Of a stretch of 64,000 nucleotides of DNA, positions 16,886 to 25,822 are shown piece after piece (positions within the stretch are counted from its first letter, which is position 1; each line of letters starts with the position of its first letter). This stretch comes from Patescibacteria group bacterium (GTDB lineage Bacteria; Patescibacteriota; Minisyncoccia; Phycocordibacterales; JBBTRF01). The translations under genes were made by a program, and so were the position numbers. The notes under the pieces were generated by a model. That model had not been told where the DNA came from, searched no databases, and worked only from the letters and a program-made list of their open reading frames with translations. The stretch is from the NCBI GenBank assembly GCA_038065315.1, contig JBBTRF010000001.1:464458-528457 (forward strand). Direction: 5' to 3'.

Positions 16886-19030
16886 CTACTTCCTCGCTTC
16901 AATAATCTGCTGCTCCACAAACTTCGGCACCGGCGCGTAATGGTCGAATTCCATCGTCGCTGAACCCTGTCCTGAAGTCATAGATCGGAGCTGAGTAGTG
17001 TAACCGAACATTTCGGACAACGGCACCTTTGCGTGCATTACCTTGGCCTGACCGCGCTCGGTCATTTCTTCGATCGTACCTCGCTTTGAAGAAATGCTGC
17101 CGGTGATATCACCCATAAACTTCTCTGGGAACAATACCTCCACCTTCATGATTGGTTCCAAAATAACCGGCTTCGCACGCTTTGAGGCGCTCTGGAAGGC
17201 CAATGAACCGGCGATCTTGTACGCGATTTCAGATGAGTCGACATCGTGGTAGCTACCGAACGTCAATTCACAAGACACGTTCACCATGCGGTATCCGGCG
17301 ATAACACCTCGGTCCATCGCTTCGTGCACACCCTTCTCCACTGCAGGGATGAATTCGCCAGGGATCGCACCGCCCTTGATAGAGTTAATGAATTCGAAGT
17401 CGGCAAATCGGCTGACATTCTTCTTCACCTTCTCGCCTTCTTCCAACGGCTTCATCGGTCGGAGAGTGATGATAACGTGACCGTACTGACCCTTTCCTCC
17501 GGTCTGCTTGATGTACTTCTCTTCCGCCTCTGCCTCGCCCTGAATCGTCTCTCGATATGCCACCTGAGGCTTGCCGACGTTGGCCTCGACACCGAATTCT
17601 CGCTTCATACGATCCACCATGATTTCCAAGTGAAGTTCACCCATACCTGAGATGATCGTCTCGCCTGTTTCAGAGTTGGAACTGATCTTGAAAGTCGGAT
17701 CTTCATTTGCGAGCTTCTTCAAAGCCACGCCCATCTTTTCCTGGTCGGCCTTGGTCTTTGGCTCGACGCGCAACGACACCACTGGCTCCATGAACTTGAT
17801 CGCTTCGAGGATAACTGGATTTTCTTCGTCACAAAAGGTGTGCGAAGTAAGGGCGTCTTTGAGACCCACCGCAGCGGCAATCTCTCCGGCGTACACTTTC
17901 TTCACTTCCTCGCGCTCGTTGGCCTGGAGGCGCACGATACGACCCAATCGCTCGCGCTTGCCGGTGGTTGAGTTATACAAATACGTACCAGACTCCACAG
18001 TACCCGAGTACACGCGGAAGAAAGTCAGTTGCCCAACAAAAGGATCGTTCTGGAGTTTGAAGGCCAAGGCACAGAAAGGTTCCTCATCTGAAGGCTTGCG
18101 GAAGATGTGGTCACCCGTGTTTGGATCAATGCCTCGTACCGGGGGAAGGTCAAGGGGAGATGGAAGATAATCAACGACGGCGTCCAATACGAGCTGCACA
18201 CCCACATTCTTGAGCGCAGAACCAGTAAACACTGGGAAGATCTTTCCAGCAAGCACCGCCTTTCGGACCACTCGCTTGATCTCATCGATCGAGATCTCCT
18301 TCCCTTCCAAATATGCCGACATGGTCGCCTCATCGTATTCTGCCACTCGGTCAATGAGTTCAGCTCGATACTTCTTTGCATCTTCGAGCATGTCTGCAGG
18401 AATCTCCTGTTCAATAATCTTAATACCCTTCTCACCTTCGAAGGTGTAGGCCTTCATCTTCACGAGGTCGACAACACCACGATGATCACCCTCCAAGCCA
18501 ATAGGCAGCTGGAATCGGATCGCATTTTTGTTCAATCGCTCGAGAATAGAGGCATATGAGCGCTCAAAAGACGCGCCGGTTCGGTCCATTTTGTTGATGA
18601 AGCAAAGTCGAGGAACATTGCTTTCGTCGGCATAGCGCCAGTTGGTCTCAGACTGTGGCTCTACTCCCGCCACGCCGTCGAATACCACCACAGCACCGTC
18701 GAGTACTCTGAGAGAACGCTTCACTTCTACGGTAAAGTCGATGTGCCCTGGAGTGTCAATGATGTTGAAACGCACCTTCTTTGAAACATCCTCCTTTGGC
18801 ATGTAGGTAGGGTTCCAGAAACAGGTGATCGCCGCGGCGGTAATAGTAATACCTCGCTCTCGCTCCTGCTCCATCCAGTCGGTAGTGGTCTCGCCCTCGT
18901 GCACCTCGCCGATCTTGTGGATCATACCTGTGTAGTACAGGATTCGCTCTGATGTGGTGGTTTTTCCCGCATCAATGTGCGCGATAATGCCGAAATTACG
19001 TACTTTTTCGAGTGGATAGTCTCTGTTCAT
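16886..19030 (-). CDS. fusA: Elongation factor G
   Basis: 714 aa with AHIDAGKTT, DTPGHIDF and the EF-G domains IV and V; full length. Confidence 0.97.
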   Translation of the reverse strand: MNRDYPLEKVRNFGIIAHIDAGKTTTSERILYYTGMIHKIGEVHEGETTTDWMEQERERGITITAAAITCFWNPTYMPKEDVSKKVRFNIIDTPGHIDFTVEVKRSLRVLDGAVVVFDGVAGVEPQSETNWRYADESNVPRLCFINKMDRTGASFERSYASILERLNKNAIRFQLPIGLEGDHRGVVDLVKMKAYTFEGEKGIKIIEQEIPADMLEDAKKYRAELIDRVAEYDEATMSAYLEGKEISIDEIKRVVRKAVLAGKIFPVFTGSALKNVGVQLVLDAVVDYLPSPLDLPPVRGIDPNTGDHIFRKPSDEEPFCALAFKLQNDPFVGQLTFFRVYSGTVESGTYLYNSTTGKRERLGRIVRLQANEREEVKKVYAGEIAAAVGLKDALTSHTFCDEENPVILEAIKFMEPVVSLRVEPKTKADQEKMGVALKKLANEDPTFKISSNSETGETIISGMGELHLEIMVDRMKREFGVEANVGKPQVAYRETIQGEAEAEEKYIKQTGGKGQYGHVIITLRPMKPLEEGEKVKKNVSRFADFEFINSIKGGAIPGEFIPAVEKGVHEAMDRGVIAGYRMVNVSCELTFGSYHDVDSSEIAYKIAGSLAFQSASKRAKPVILEPIMKVEVLFPEKFMGDITGSISSKRGTIEEMTERGQAKVMHAKVPLSEMFGYTTQLRSMTSGQGSATMEFDHYAPVPKFVEQQIIEARK

Positions 19031-19102
19031 ATATGTTTAGTGATAGGCGTTAGACTACAGGAAAAGGGCGAAAAATGCAACGCTATCGGGCGATTGGGGC
19101 CC

Positions 19103-19915
19103 TTATTTCCCCATAGTATAAAGGCGCTTAACCTCGGCTGAGGAGAGAGTGCGATTATAGATCCGGACCTCATCAATTTCACCCAAGTAGTCATTGTTAC
19201 AAACACTGTCACCGATGCGCAATGGCGCCGCATTGACGAGATCGAGGATATCCACACCTGATGCACTATTGTCGAACACGCCATCAACATAGGCGCTGAG
19301 CGTTACACCATCCCGGACAGCCACTCCATGATGCCACTCCCCGTCATTTACGACGGCATTACTTGCTACGCAGGTCAAATTACCTAGAGCATCATCTATG
19401 CAGGCCGAAAATGTACCGGCTGCAATATCGACCTCCCAGAAACTATCATTGAGGCAGACATCGCGAACAGAAACAAGACGCACGCCGCCACCAGCAAAGG
19501 TCGTTTTGAACCAAACTGAGACTGAAAATGGACCTGTGCCGAAATCGTAGGAAGAAACATTCTCTCCTTCTAAATAATCAATTGCGCCGTCTTCAAAGTT
19601 GAGACCTTGTCCGATCCTTCCAGGCACTAGTGCGGTAGTGGTCGGCATATCGATCATAAAGAGATTATTACCAATACCACTGCGATCGTACACCGTCCCG
19701 CCAATCATGTCCGGGCCATTGAAAGACCAGTATCCCGTCAATCCACCTCTAAGGGTCGCGTCAGGGGTAGTATTCACTTTCAATCGGGTCAGGGAAGCCA
19801 TCACCTTCGATGTCCACGAATTAGAAAGGAACGTCCAGCTAGCCTCTACCGTAATCGGCAGAAACCAGCAAGAGAGACTGAGAAGAAGGACGCTGATCGC
19901 GGAGTGGTACTTCAT
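19103..19915 (-). CDS. Secreted LamG-like (concanavalin A-like lectin/glucanase) domain protein
   Basis: Signal peptide followed by a LamG pattern (GYWSFNG...DRSG.GNN...FSVSVWFK...WHHGVAVRDG...LSAYVDGV...IDEVRIYNRTLSSAEVKRLY). Confidence 0.75.
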   Translation of the reverse strand: MKYHSAISVLLLSLSCWFLPITVEASWTFLSNSWTSKVMASLTRLKVNTTPDATLRGGLTGYWSFNGPDMIGGTVYDRSGIGNNLFMIDMPTTTALVPGRIGQGLNFEDGAIDYLEGENVSSYDFGTGPFSVSVWFKTTFAGGGVRLVSVRDVCLNDSFWEVDIAAGTFSACIDDALGNLTCVASNAVVNDGEWHHGVAVRDGVTLSAYVDGVFDNSASGVDILDLVNAAPLRIGDSVCNNDYLGEIDEVRIYNRTLSSAEVKRLYTMGK

Positions 19916-19917
19916 AG

Positions 19918-21720
19918 CTATTGTTGTGGATCAGAAGGGCTGAAAGGATTCGCGACGATTACCGTGCGCGTCGAGGTTGCGGCATTGCCAGATAGATCAG
20001 TCGCTACGTAGGTAATGATGTAGTTTCCGACGGCGGCGGTGTCGATTTGATCACCCGAAACAACAACGGAGAGATTGTTGTCCCGATTGTCGGCCACGAG
20101 TGCACCAAGATCGGAATACACTGCACCGACCAGAAGGTTGGCTGGATTGTTTCCTTGGATGGTGATTGTCGGGGGCTCAATATCGGGTGCCAAGACCAGC
20201 GCAGGAGCGTCAACTACAGCAGGAGAGGTCGAGGAGATACTCGTACCGCCATAGCTTCGGAGAAGTGCCTTGAGCTGCTCTTTCTCTATGCACACATCAT
20301 CGACACATAGACGCTGGCTGACACGAAGTGTATCGGAAGTTGGGACAGAGACGGAAGATAGGGTGTTGTTTCGGATCGAATTGATCTGCGCTTGCTGCTC
20401 TTGGATTGCCCTTACGAGAACTGGGGTTAATTCTTCATACCGAACACCTCGAGGGGTAATGCCGTCAATTTCAGTAAATATCAGTCTTGAATCGACGCGT
20501 GCCACCTCTTCCGCAATGAAACCGAAGCGGGACTCATTGTTGCTATTTGAATTAAACGTGATCGGCCGCAGCTGGCCGATGAGAGTAAGAGCTGGACCAT
20601 CAAACGTCTCTATGTTGTGTTTGAAGCGAGCAGAAGAAACAGTGCAATTGGTGGCACCCGTGTTCACTAAAATTTCCTTTGTCGACGCATTAATACAGAC
20701 CGCGTCCGAAGTCGCACTTGCTAGAGTCAAGCCATCTACGGCCATCGACCCCACCACTGAAAGTGTCTTCCAAGGAGAAGTGCTGGCAACGCCCACTCTT
20801 CGGCTCCAGGACGGCACCGCGCCGGCGCCATCTGACTCTGCATACACGGTGAAAAGCGAGTTGCCGTCGATCCTAGCCGAGTAACTCTCGACCGTGCTGG
20901 AAGCGGCAGTGGCAGTGATGGGCATATCGATCCAGGCAACAATCCCGGCGTTGGTATCAAAGGTCATTGGACCAACCTGAAGATCGTCCACCGAGGTGAC
21001 GCCGCTCGAAAAATCATACTGAAAGGATCCGCCGCCAACAGAGAGACCTCCCGATAACGTGGAAGTAGCGGTAGTTGAAGTGGCGCTTAAATTGCGGAAA
21101 ACTCCCTCGCCTATCACAGAGAGCTTCGCGTAGGGAGAGGTGGTGCCAATGCCAATATTTCCCGCCTGACTCACAAACAGACTCGAAGTCGCCGTCAGCG
21201 TCGTCCCCGAGCCGTTGTAGAAAGGAAACTGACCTTGGGTGCCTGAATTCACCGTCCCAGACCCACCGCTTCCGGAAATACAAGTACCTCCCACAGCGAA
21301 GCAACCGGCAGCCAGATTAATGCCGCCAGTTCCGTAAAAAGTCGTGGTAGCAGTAGTAAAATTAGCCAAGCTCCCGATGGAAAGAATGCTCCCAGGCGTG
21401 GTGGTACCGATACCGACGTATCCACCGGAATTAACAATGAAATCGGTCTGCGTGGAAGATCCAATCGCAAAAGATGGCCCGCTGATGCCACTCGGATTGA
21501 TAGAAAACAAACCCCACGGCGAGGTGGTAGAGACACCGAAATTCCCAGACGCAGTTGAAGCATTCACCTGGAGCACAATACAACTAGCATTAGTCGGCGC
21601 ACAGCCTGGATCCAGTGTTTCGCCCGGCGCAAATGAGGCGGAAACGCTCGATGGGAGGGCGAAAAAAGAAACAGATGCACTGAAACAAACAAACGCGCTT
21701 GTGAAAAGAAAGCGTCTCAT
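19918..21720 (-). CDS. Secreted Gly/Thr/Ser-rich fibre-like protein with an internal peptidase-S74 intramolecular-chaperone domain followed by a C-terminal DUF5011-type Ig-like domain
   Basis: Signal peptide and (G.IGIGTT.P...L.V.G)-type repeats. The S74 motif is ...ARFKHNIETFDGPALTLIGQLRPITFNSN...GFIAEEVARVDSRLIFTEIDGITPRGVRYEELTPVLVRAIQEQQAQIN, and the C-terminal ~130 aa match DUF5011 (...VVSGDQIDTAAVGNYIITYVATDLSGNAATSTRTVIV). Confidence 0.7.
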   Translation of the reverse strand: MRRFLFTSAFVCFSASVSFFALPSSVSASFAPGETLDPGCAPTNASCIVLQVNASTASGNFGVSTTSPWGLFSINPSGISGPSFAIGSSTQTDFIVNSGGYVGIGTTTPGSILSIGSLANFTTATTTFYGTGGINLAAGCFAVGGTCISGSGGSGTVNSGTQGQFPFYNGSGTTLTATSSLFVSQAGNIGIGTTSPYAKLSVIGEGVFRNLSATSTTATSTLSGGLSVGGGSFQYDFSSGVTSVDDLQVGPMTFDTNAGIVAWIDMPITATAASSTVESYSARIDGNSLFTVYAESDGAGAVPSWSRRVGVASTSPWKTLSVVGSMAVDGLTLASATSDAVCINASTKEILVNTGATNCTVSSARFKHNIETFDGPALTLIGQLRPITFNSNSNNESRFGFIAEEVARVDSRLIFTEIDGITPRGVRYEELTPVLVRAIQEQQAQINSIRNNTLSSVSVPTSDTLRVSQRLCVDDVCIEKEQLKALLRSYGGTSISSTSPAVVDAPALVLAPDIEPPTITIQGNNPANLLVGAVYSDLGALVADNRDNNLSVVVSGDQIDTAAVGNYIITYVATDLSGNAATSTRTVIVANPFSPSDPQQ

Positions 21721-21732
21721 GGATGCGGTTAA

Positions 21733-23679
21733 TTATAGCACGACCTTTTCTTCGATCACGCCGTTTTTTGCCAAAAATACGGGCGATGTGTGGACAAGAG
21801 TATATGTCTCGTCGGGATTTTTCTTCTCCACCGTGAGGTAGTACTCGCCCGGCGGCACCAAGGCATAGAAATGGCCGAGACGGTCTGTCACTTTGTGTAG
21901 TAACTCTTGGTTTGGGCCGGCAATATATACGCGGATGATCGCAAAGGCAATTGGCAAATCCGTGGAGCTATCCATCACGCTGGCAAATGCCTTTTTCTTG
22001 GCACCAAAGATTCTCAAGAGGAGTAGGCAAACATAGAGAGCGAAGATGGCGATGTTGTATGGAGCCGGTGCTGCCCAGAATGCAAGGACGGCCACGAAAA
22101 AGCCGACGGAGAAGGAAGCGTCGGTGATGCGCTTTTTGATGAGGTCGCGCTTCGAGTAAAAACGCGAAATCTGCTGTTGTGATTTAGCAAATTCATTCCA
22201 ATCGAAATTCACGGGGTCCAGCGGGATGTTTTTGATGAGTACTCCGCCCGCTTCCAAGGCAGTGATCGGTTCACCGAAATAAAGGTCTGAGTAGAGCTCA
22301 TCCGCCATCTTTCCGGCCAATTTCTTCGAGGGAAATGTGTAGTTGGTCTTGTTGGCGACCATGGTGTATGTGCCGGACGCGAGCAAGAAGCCATAGCGGC
22401 CATCGAGGTCGGTAATCGACGTATTGACCTCGTTCCCCTTCTCATCTTGCAAGACCACGTACGCGGGGTCGAGCGGCTGCTTGGTAACGCTGTCATACAC
22501 AGTACCCCACGGACGAGAACGTTTTTTCAGGCCAAAAGCCCCGAGCAAGATTCCCCACAATCGGAGTGGGATGAGAAACAGCTCGGAAAATGACAGCGGG
22601 TTCAAGAAAAGCGATGAAACGCTGGCCGCACCCGCGCCGACCACGCCCGCCGTCGACACCGTCTTGGTCACCACCGAGCCAGTTGGACTCTGGATCACTT
22701 CTTTTGTCTCCTCCGCCACAACCTTTACCGTCTCTTGGGCGAATTCATAGCTTTGCTTTACCTGCTCGACAGCACCGGAGACGATTTGCGTGACCGCACC
22801 TCCTCCGCCGCCACCGCCACTCGAACCGGAGCCTGAACCTGAAGAGCCGCTACTACCGCTATCACCACCAAAAAAGTTGGCGATGCTCGAAAAGACACTA
22901 TCGACAGTCGCGGCCACGGACTCGACGGCCGACTCAACCACCGATGGAGTTTCTGCCTCGGCCGGAGGGGCTTCAGATGGAGTATCTTCTGGTGGCGCCA
23001 CATCGGGAGCTGGCGCCGGAGACTCTGCCGGAGCTTCAGATGGTGCCGGTGAGGACTCCGCCGCTGGCGCAGACGACTCTGAAGAAGAGCTACTAGATTC
23101 TCCGCTACTGCTCGAGCTTGAACTCGAACCTGATCCGGAACCACCACCCCCTCCGCCGCCACCACCACCGCCGCCACCTGAAGAAGCACCGCGAACGCTC
23201 GCAGGGCGCCAATCTGTGGCCACATTAAATGAACCCGAGCCGCAGGTGCTGTTTGTGCTGCAATTAAACACGATCCAGCCAGTGTTTTGACCCCAAGCGT
23301 AGCCGGAAAAGACTCCCGAAGAGCTGATCACGACTCGAACACCGCTGGCGGATGGATGGAAATTAATCCAGCCAGTGTTTTGGCCCCAAGCGTAGCCGGA
23401 AAGATTGCCGCTACCGTCATTTACCACCCCGTAGCCAGTCGGATTAAGGTTGATCCAGCCATAGTAGTCGCTCCACACGTAGCCGGTCATCGCGCTGTCG
23501 GTGACGTGCACATCTCCTTCCGTCGTGCCGAAATTGAACGTACCGAAATTGGTATCAACGGCCTTGGCATAGAAATTTCCTGGCTCAATGATGCCGTTGG
23601 TGTCTGAGGCGTGCACAGAAATCGAGCCAGACGAAAGGATAGACAGCACAACCAAAAGAAAGAGGGCGACTCTTGTCAT
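21733..23679 (-). CDS. Secreted/membrane-anchored repeat protein: three GYAWGQNTGWINF-type repeats, a Gly13/Ser-rich low-complexity linker, two TM helices each followed by a carboxypeptidase-regulatory-like beta-sandwich
   Basis: Repeats GYVWSDYYGWINLNP, GYAWGQNTGWINFHP and GYAWGQNTGWIVFNC; a (GGN)13 codon run at 23137-23176; two hydrophobic helices; CarboxypepD_reg-like segments (...GTVYDSVTKQPLDPAYVVLQDEKGNEV...DLDGRYGF...). Confidence 0.65.
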   Translation of the reverse strand: MTRVALFLLVVLSILSSGSISVHASDTNGIIEPGNFYAKAVDTNFGTFNFGTTEGDVHVTDSAMTGYVWSDYYGWINLNPTGYGVVNDGSGNLSGYAWGQNTGWINFHPSASGVRVVISSSGVFSGYAWGQNTGWIVFNCSTNSTCGSGSFNVATDWRPASVRGASSGGGGGGGGGGGGGSGSGSSSSSSSSGESSSSSSESSAPAAESSPAPSEAPAESPAPAPDVAPPEDTPSEAPPAEAETPSVVESAVESVAATVDSVFSSIANFFGGDSGSSGSSGSGSGSSGGGGGGGAVTQIVSGAVEQVKQSYEFAQETVKVVAEETKEVIQSPTGSVVTKTVSTAGVVGAGAASVSSLFLNPLSFSELFLIPLRLWGILLGAFGLKKRSRPWGTVYDSVTKQPLDPAYVVLQDEKGNEVNTSITDLDGRYGFLLASGTYTMVANKTNYTFPSKKLAGKMADELYSDLYFGEPITALEAGGVLIKNIPLDPVNFDWNEFAKSQQQISRFYSKRDLIKKRITDASFSVGFFVAVLAFWAAPAPYNIAIFALYVCLLLLRIFGAKKKAFASVMDSSTDLPIAFAIIRVYIAGPNQELLHKVTDRLGHFYALVPPGEYYLTVEKKNPDETYTLVHTSPVFLAKNGVIEEKVVL

Positions 23680-23741
23680 ACTTCCCTATTCTACCGCGCT
23701 ACTGCAAAATGCGGAACGGATATCTCGCTAGCAGCAAAAAA

Positions 23742-24272
23742 CTAGAACCCACTGAACATTGCCATCATCATCCACATAAACAAAATGACGCAGAGGATGA
23801 TCACCCCTGGAGAAAGTCGGCCGCCGCGCTTCAAAAGTGGGCTGTTCTCACGCTCGAGGCAAGTGAGTACGATTACAAATGAAGAGAATGCGATGACCGC
23901 GAGAGAGCTGAGTGATTTATAGAGAATTGCTTTATCGGTAATAATCTCCCAAATGCTACAGACCCCGAGAAATGCGAGAAGAACGGCCGAAACGATGAGA
24001 GCGCCGAGAGTGGCAATGCGCACAATCCTGAAGGTCGGATTTGGCACCGCGGGAACAGGAGGGTTCAGAGGATCTACCGCCTCTCCGCCGCCAACAAAAC
24101 GCCCGGCCACCATCACTACCACTGCAACAACGGCCAAAATACCGAGGGTCGCAAATGATTTCGAAATAACCTCTTTGTTAAAAACGTCCCAAACCCCAAG
24201 AATAGAAATGAGGGACAGGACACTCACGGCTCCAATAAAGATTCCCGAAGCGATATTTTGAATGGTTTTCAT
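23742..24272 (-). CDS. Small integral membrane protein with an internal tandem duplication (2 x 2 TM)
   Basis: The two halves align (IASGIFIGAVSVLSLISILGVWDVFNKEVISKSF... versus IATLGALIVSAVLLAFLGVCSIWEIITDKAILYKSL...). Start set at MKTIQN. Confidence 0.55.
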   Translation of the reverse strand: MKTIQNIASGIFIGAVSVLSLISILGVWDVFNKEVISKSFATLGILAVVAVVVMVAGRFVGGGEAVDPLNPPVPAVPNPTFRIVRIATLGALIVSAVLLAFLGVCSIWEIITDKAILYKSLSSLAVIAFSSFVIVLTCLERENSPLLKRGGRLSPGVIILCVILFMWMMMAMFSGF

Positions 24273-24607
24273 AAAGGAAATTGTACGTCGGTACCCGGAA
24301 ATTGGCAATGGAAAGAAAAACGGACACCTTTCGGCGTAATGTGGGGATACGCAGGTGTCCGTCGGTTAGAAGAAAGAAGAAACAGTAGGGTTGGTTTCGT
24401 CGGGTTCCTTTTTTCTGTTAACTCTCAAGTCGTCGCCCGAGCGCAAAAGCATCAGGTCCGACCTGCCTATAGGTGTACAAGGCCTCGGAAGATATTCCGC
24501 CACGTCGGCCACATCACAACCAAAGGTTGTGGCCTTTTTCTCCCTTGCCATCTTGCAACCCACTCAATCTTGGCCTTTCAGCGCCGATTTGTCAAAATTT
24601 CTGACAA

Positions 24608-24874
24608 CTAGCCCCACAAGTCGCTATGCGTACCCACGTCGACAAGCAAGTAGAAGGAGTTTTCAATCTCCCTGTATAGTATTCGATAGTCGCCAGTTGC
24701 GTTGATACTGCGACAATCCTTGTTTCTGCCTAATAATTTATGATTGTTGAGAATCGGACTGAATTCATCTTGCACGAAAATTCTGAGCCGATCCGAGACC
24801 TTCTCCCGGATCTTGAGTGGCAGTTTTCTGAAGTGCCGTTCGAATTCCGATGATCTAATAATAGTAACTGCCAT
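24608..24874 (-). CDS. YafQ/RelE-family type II toxin (mRNA interferase)
   Basis: 88 aa ending ...GRNKDCRSINATGDYRILYREIENSFYLLVDVGTHSDLWG, a YafQ-like C-terminal catalytic region. Confidence 0.8.
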   Translation of the reverse strand: MAVTIIRSSEFERHFRKLPLKIREKVSDRLRIFVQDEFSPILNNHKLLGRNKDCRSINATGDYRILYREIENSFYLLVDVGTHSDLWG

Positions 24875-24889
24875 TTCGAAAGAACAGAA

Positions 24890-25162
24890 TTAGGAGTTAA
24901 GATCAGCCAAAAGGTCTTCGATATCGGTGAACTTCTTCAACTTTCCTGAAGCGAGCTCCTTTTCCGCAATCTCGATAGACCGAAGAAGTCTTCGTGTCGG
25001 TCGAAGATTCATCGAGAAAGACACCTCCTTCGTGCGCACAAATTGCCTCAAATACGCATTTACGATCGTACCAAGCTGAAAACCGAGCTCCTCAGCTGTT
25101 TTTTGAGCAGCTACCTTCAATCTTTTATCTACTTTTGTTGTCATAAGCGTAGTAGTATTCAT
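24890..25162 (-). CDS. DinJ/RelB-family antitoxin
   Basis: 90 aa starting at the internal Met MNTTTLMTTKVDKRLKVAAQKTAEELGFQLGTIVNAYLRQFV..., a DinJ pattern. The listed ORF's 5' extension, which overlaps a repeat and a terminator, was rejected. Confidence 0.8.
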   Translation of the reverse strand: MNTTTLMTTKVDKRLKVAAQKTAEELGFQLGTIVNAYLRQFVRTKEVSFSMNLRPTRRLLRSIEIAEKELASGKLKKFTDIEDLLADLNS

Positions 25163-25176
25163 ATACCAAAGTATAT

Positions 25177-25190
25177 ACCTAGGTATAGTA
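25177..25190. promoter_or_regulatory. 14-bp perfect palindrome tatacctaggtata upstream of the DinJ-YafQ operon; candidate operator
   Basis: Read directly; lies 15 nt upstream of the antitoxin start. Confidence 0.45.
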
Positions 25191-25204
25191 TCTGTCAACA
25201 AAGA

Positions 25205-25230
25205 AAAAACCGCTTCCCAGCGGTTTTTTC
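25205..25230. terminator. Bidirectional intrinsic terminator aaaaaaccgc-ttccca-gcggtttttt
   Basis: GC stem with an A-run on one side and a T-run on the other, downstream of rpsG. Confidence 0.7.
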
Positions 25231-25248
25231 TAATCGCGGAGAGGAGCT

Positions 25249-25328
25249 TTTTCAAAGGGACTGCGGAGCGCGACTGGCGCGAGCCGGAGCAAAATTTCAC
25301 CAGAAATTTATGCGTACCCTTTGAAAAA
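25249..25328. repeat. Nested-hairpin intergenic repeat, copy B (12-bp outer stem tttttcaaaggg / ccctttgaaaaa; same orientation as C and E)
   Basis: Core actgcggagcgcgactggcgcgagccggagc + aaatttc-acca-gaaattt + atgcgtaccc, near-identical to copy C at 39297 apart from compensatory hairpin changes. Confidence 0.75.
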
Positions 25329-25340
25329 CTCCTTGTAGCG

Positions 25341-25811
25341 CTACCAAGCGAAGTGCGCAAACGCCTTGTTGGCCTCTGCCATCTTGTGAGTGTTCTCACG
25401 CTTCTTCACGGCCTCGCCTTCGTTCTTCATGGCGAGCATGATCTCTTCCGCGAGCTTCAAGTGCATTGGCTTGCCCTTCTTCGCTCGAGCAGCATCAACA
25501 ATCCACTTGATCGAGAGCGCCTGTCGTCGGTCTGGTCGGACTTCGATTGGTACCTGATAGTTGGCGCCTCCCACACGACGAGATTTCACCTCCACCATCG
25601 GTGCAGTGTTCTTCAGCGCGTTCTCAAAATACTCCAAAGGATTTTCTACCTTAGCAGTCTCCTTGATAGTGTCGAATGCTCCGTACACAATCTTTCGAGC
25701 GGCATTCTTCTTACCTCGCTCCATACAATAGTTGATCAACTTCCCTACTTTCTGGGAGCTGTACACGCTGTCAGGGGATACGATATTACGATTTTTGGCT
25801 TTTCGTCTCAT
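25341..25811 (-). CDS. rpsG: 30S ribosomal protein S7
   Basis: 156 aa; canonical S7 ([35 protein letters not shown]...). Confidence 0.95.
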   Translation of the reverse strand: MRRKAKNRNIVSPDSVYSSQKVGKLINYCMERGKKNAARKIVYGAFDTIKETAKVENPLEYFENALKNTAPMVEVKSRRVGGANYQVPIEVRPDRRQALSIKWIVDAARAKKGKPMHLKLAEEIMLAMKNEGEAVKKRENTHKMAEANKAFAHFAW

Positions 25812-25822
25812 TGGAGTATGGA

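Noticed and set aside
25163-25399. 5' extension of the listed 24890..25399 ORF (79 extra codons)
   Set aside because: The extension runs through the terminator hairpin, repeat copy B and into rpsG, and has no homology. DinJ homology begins at the internal Met at 25162.
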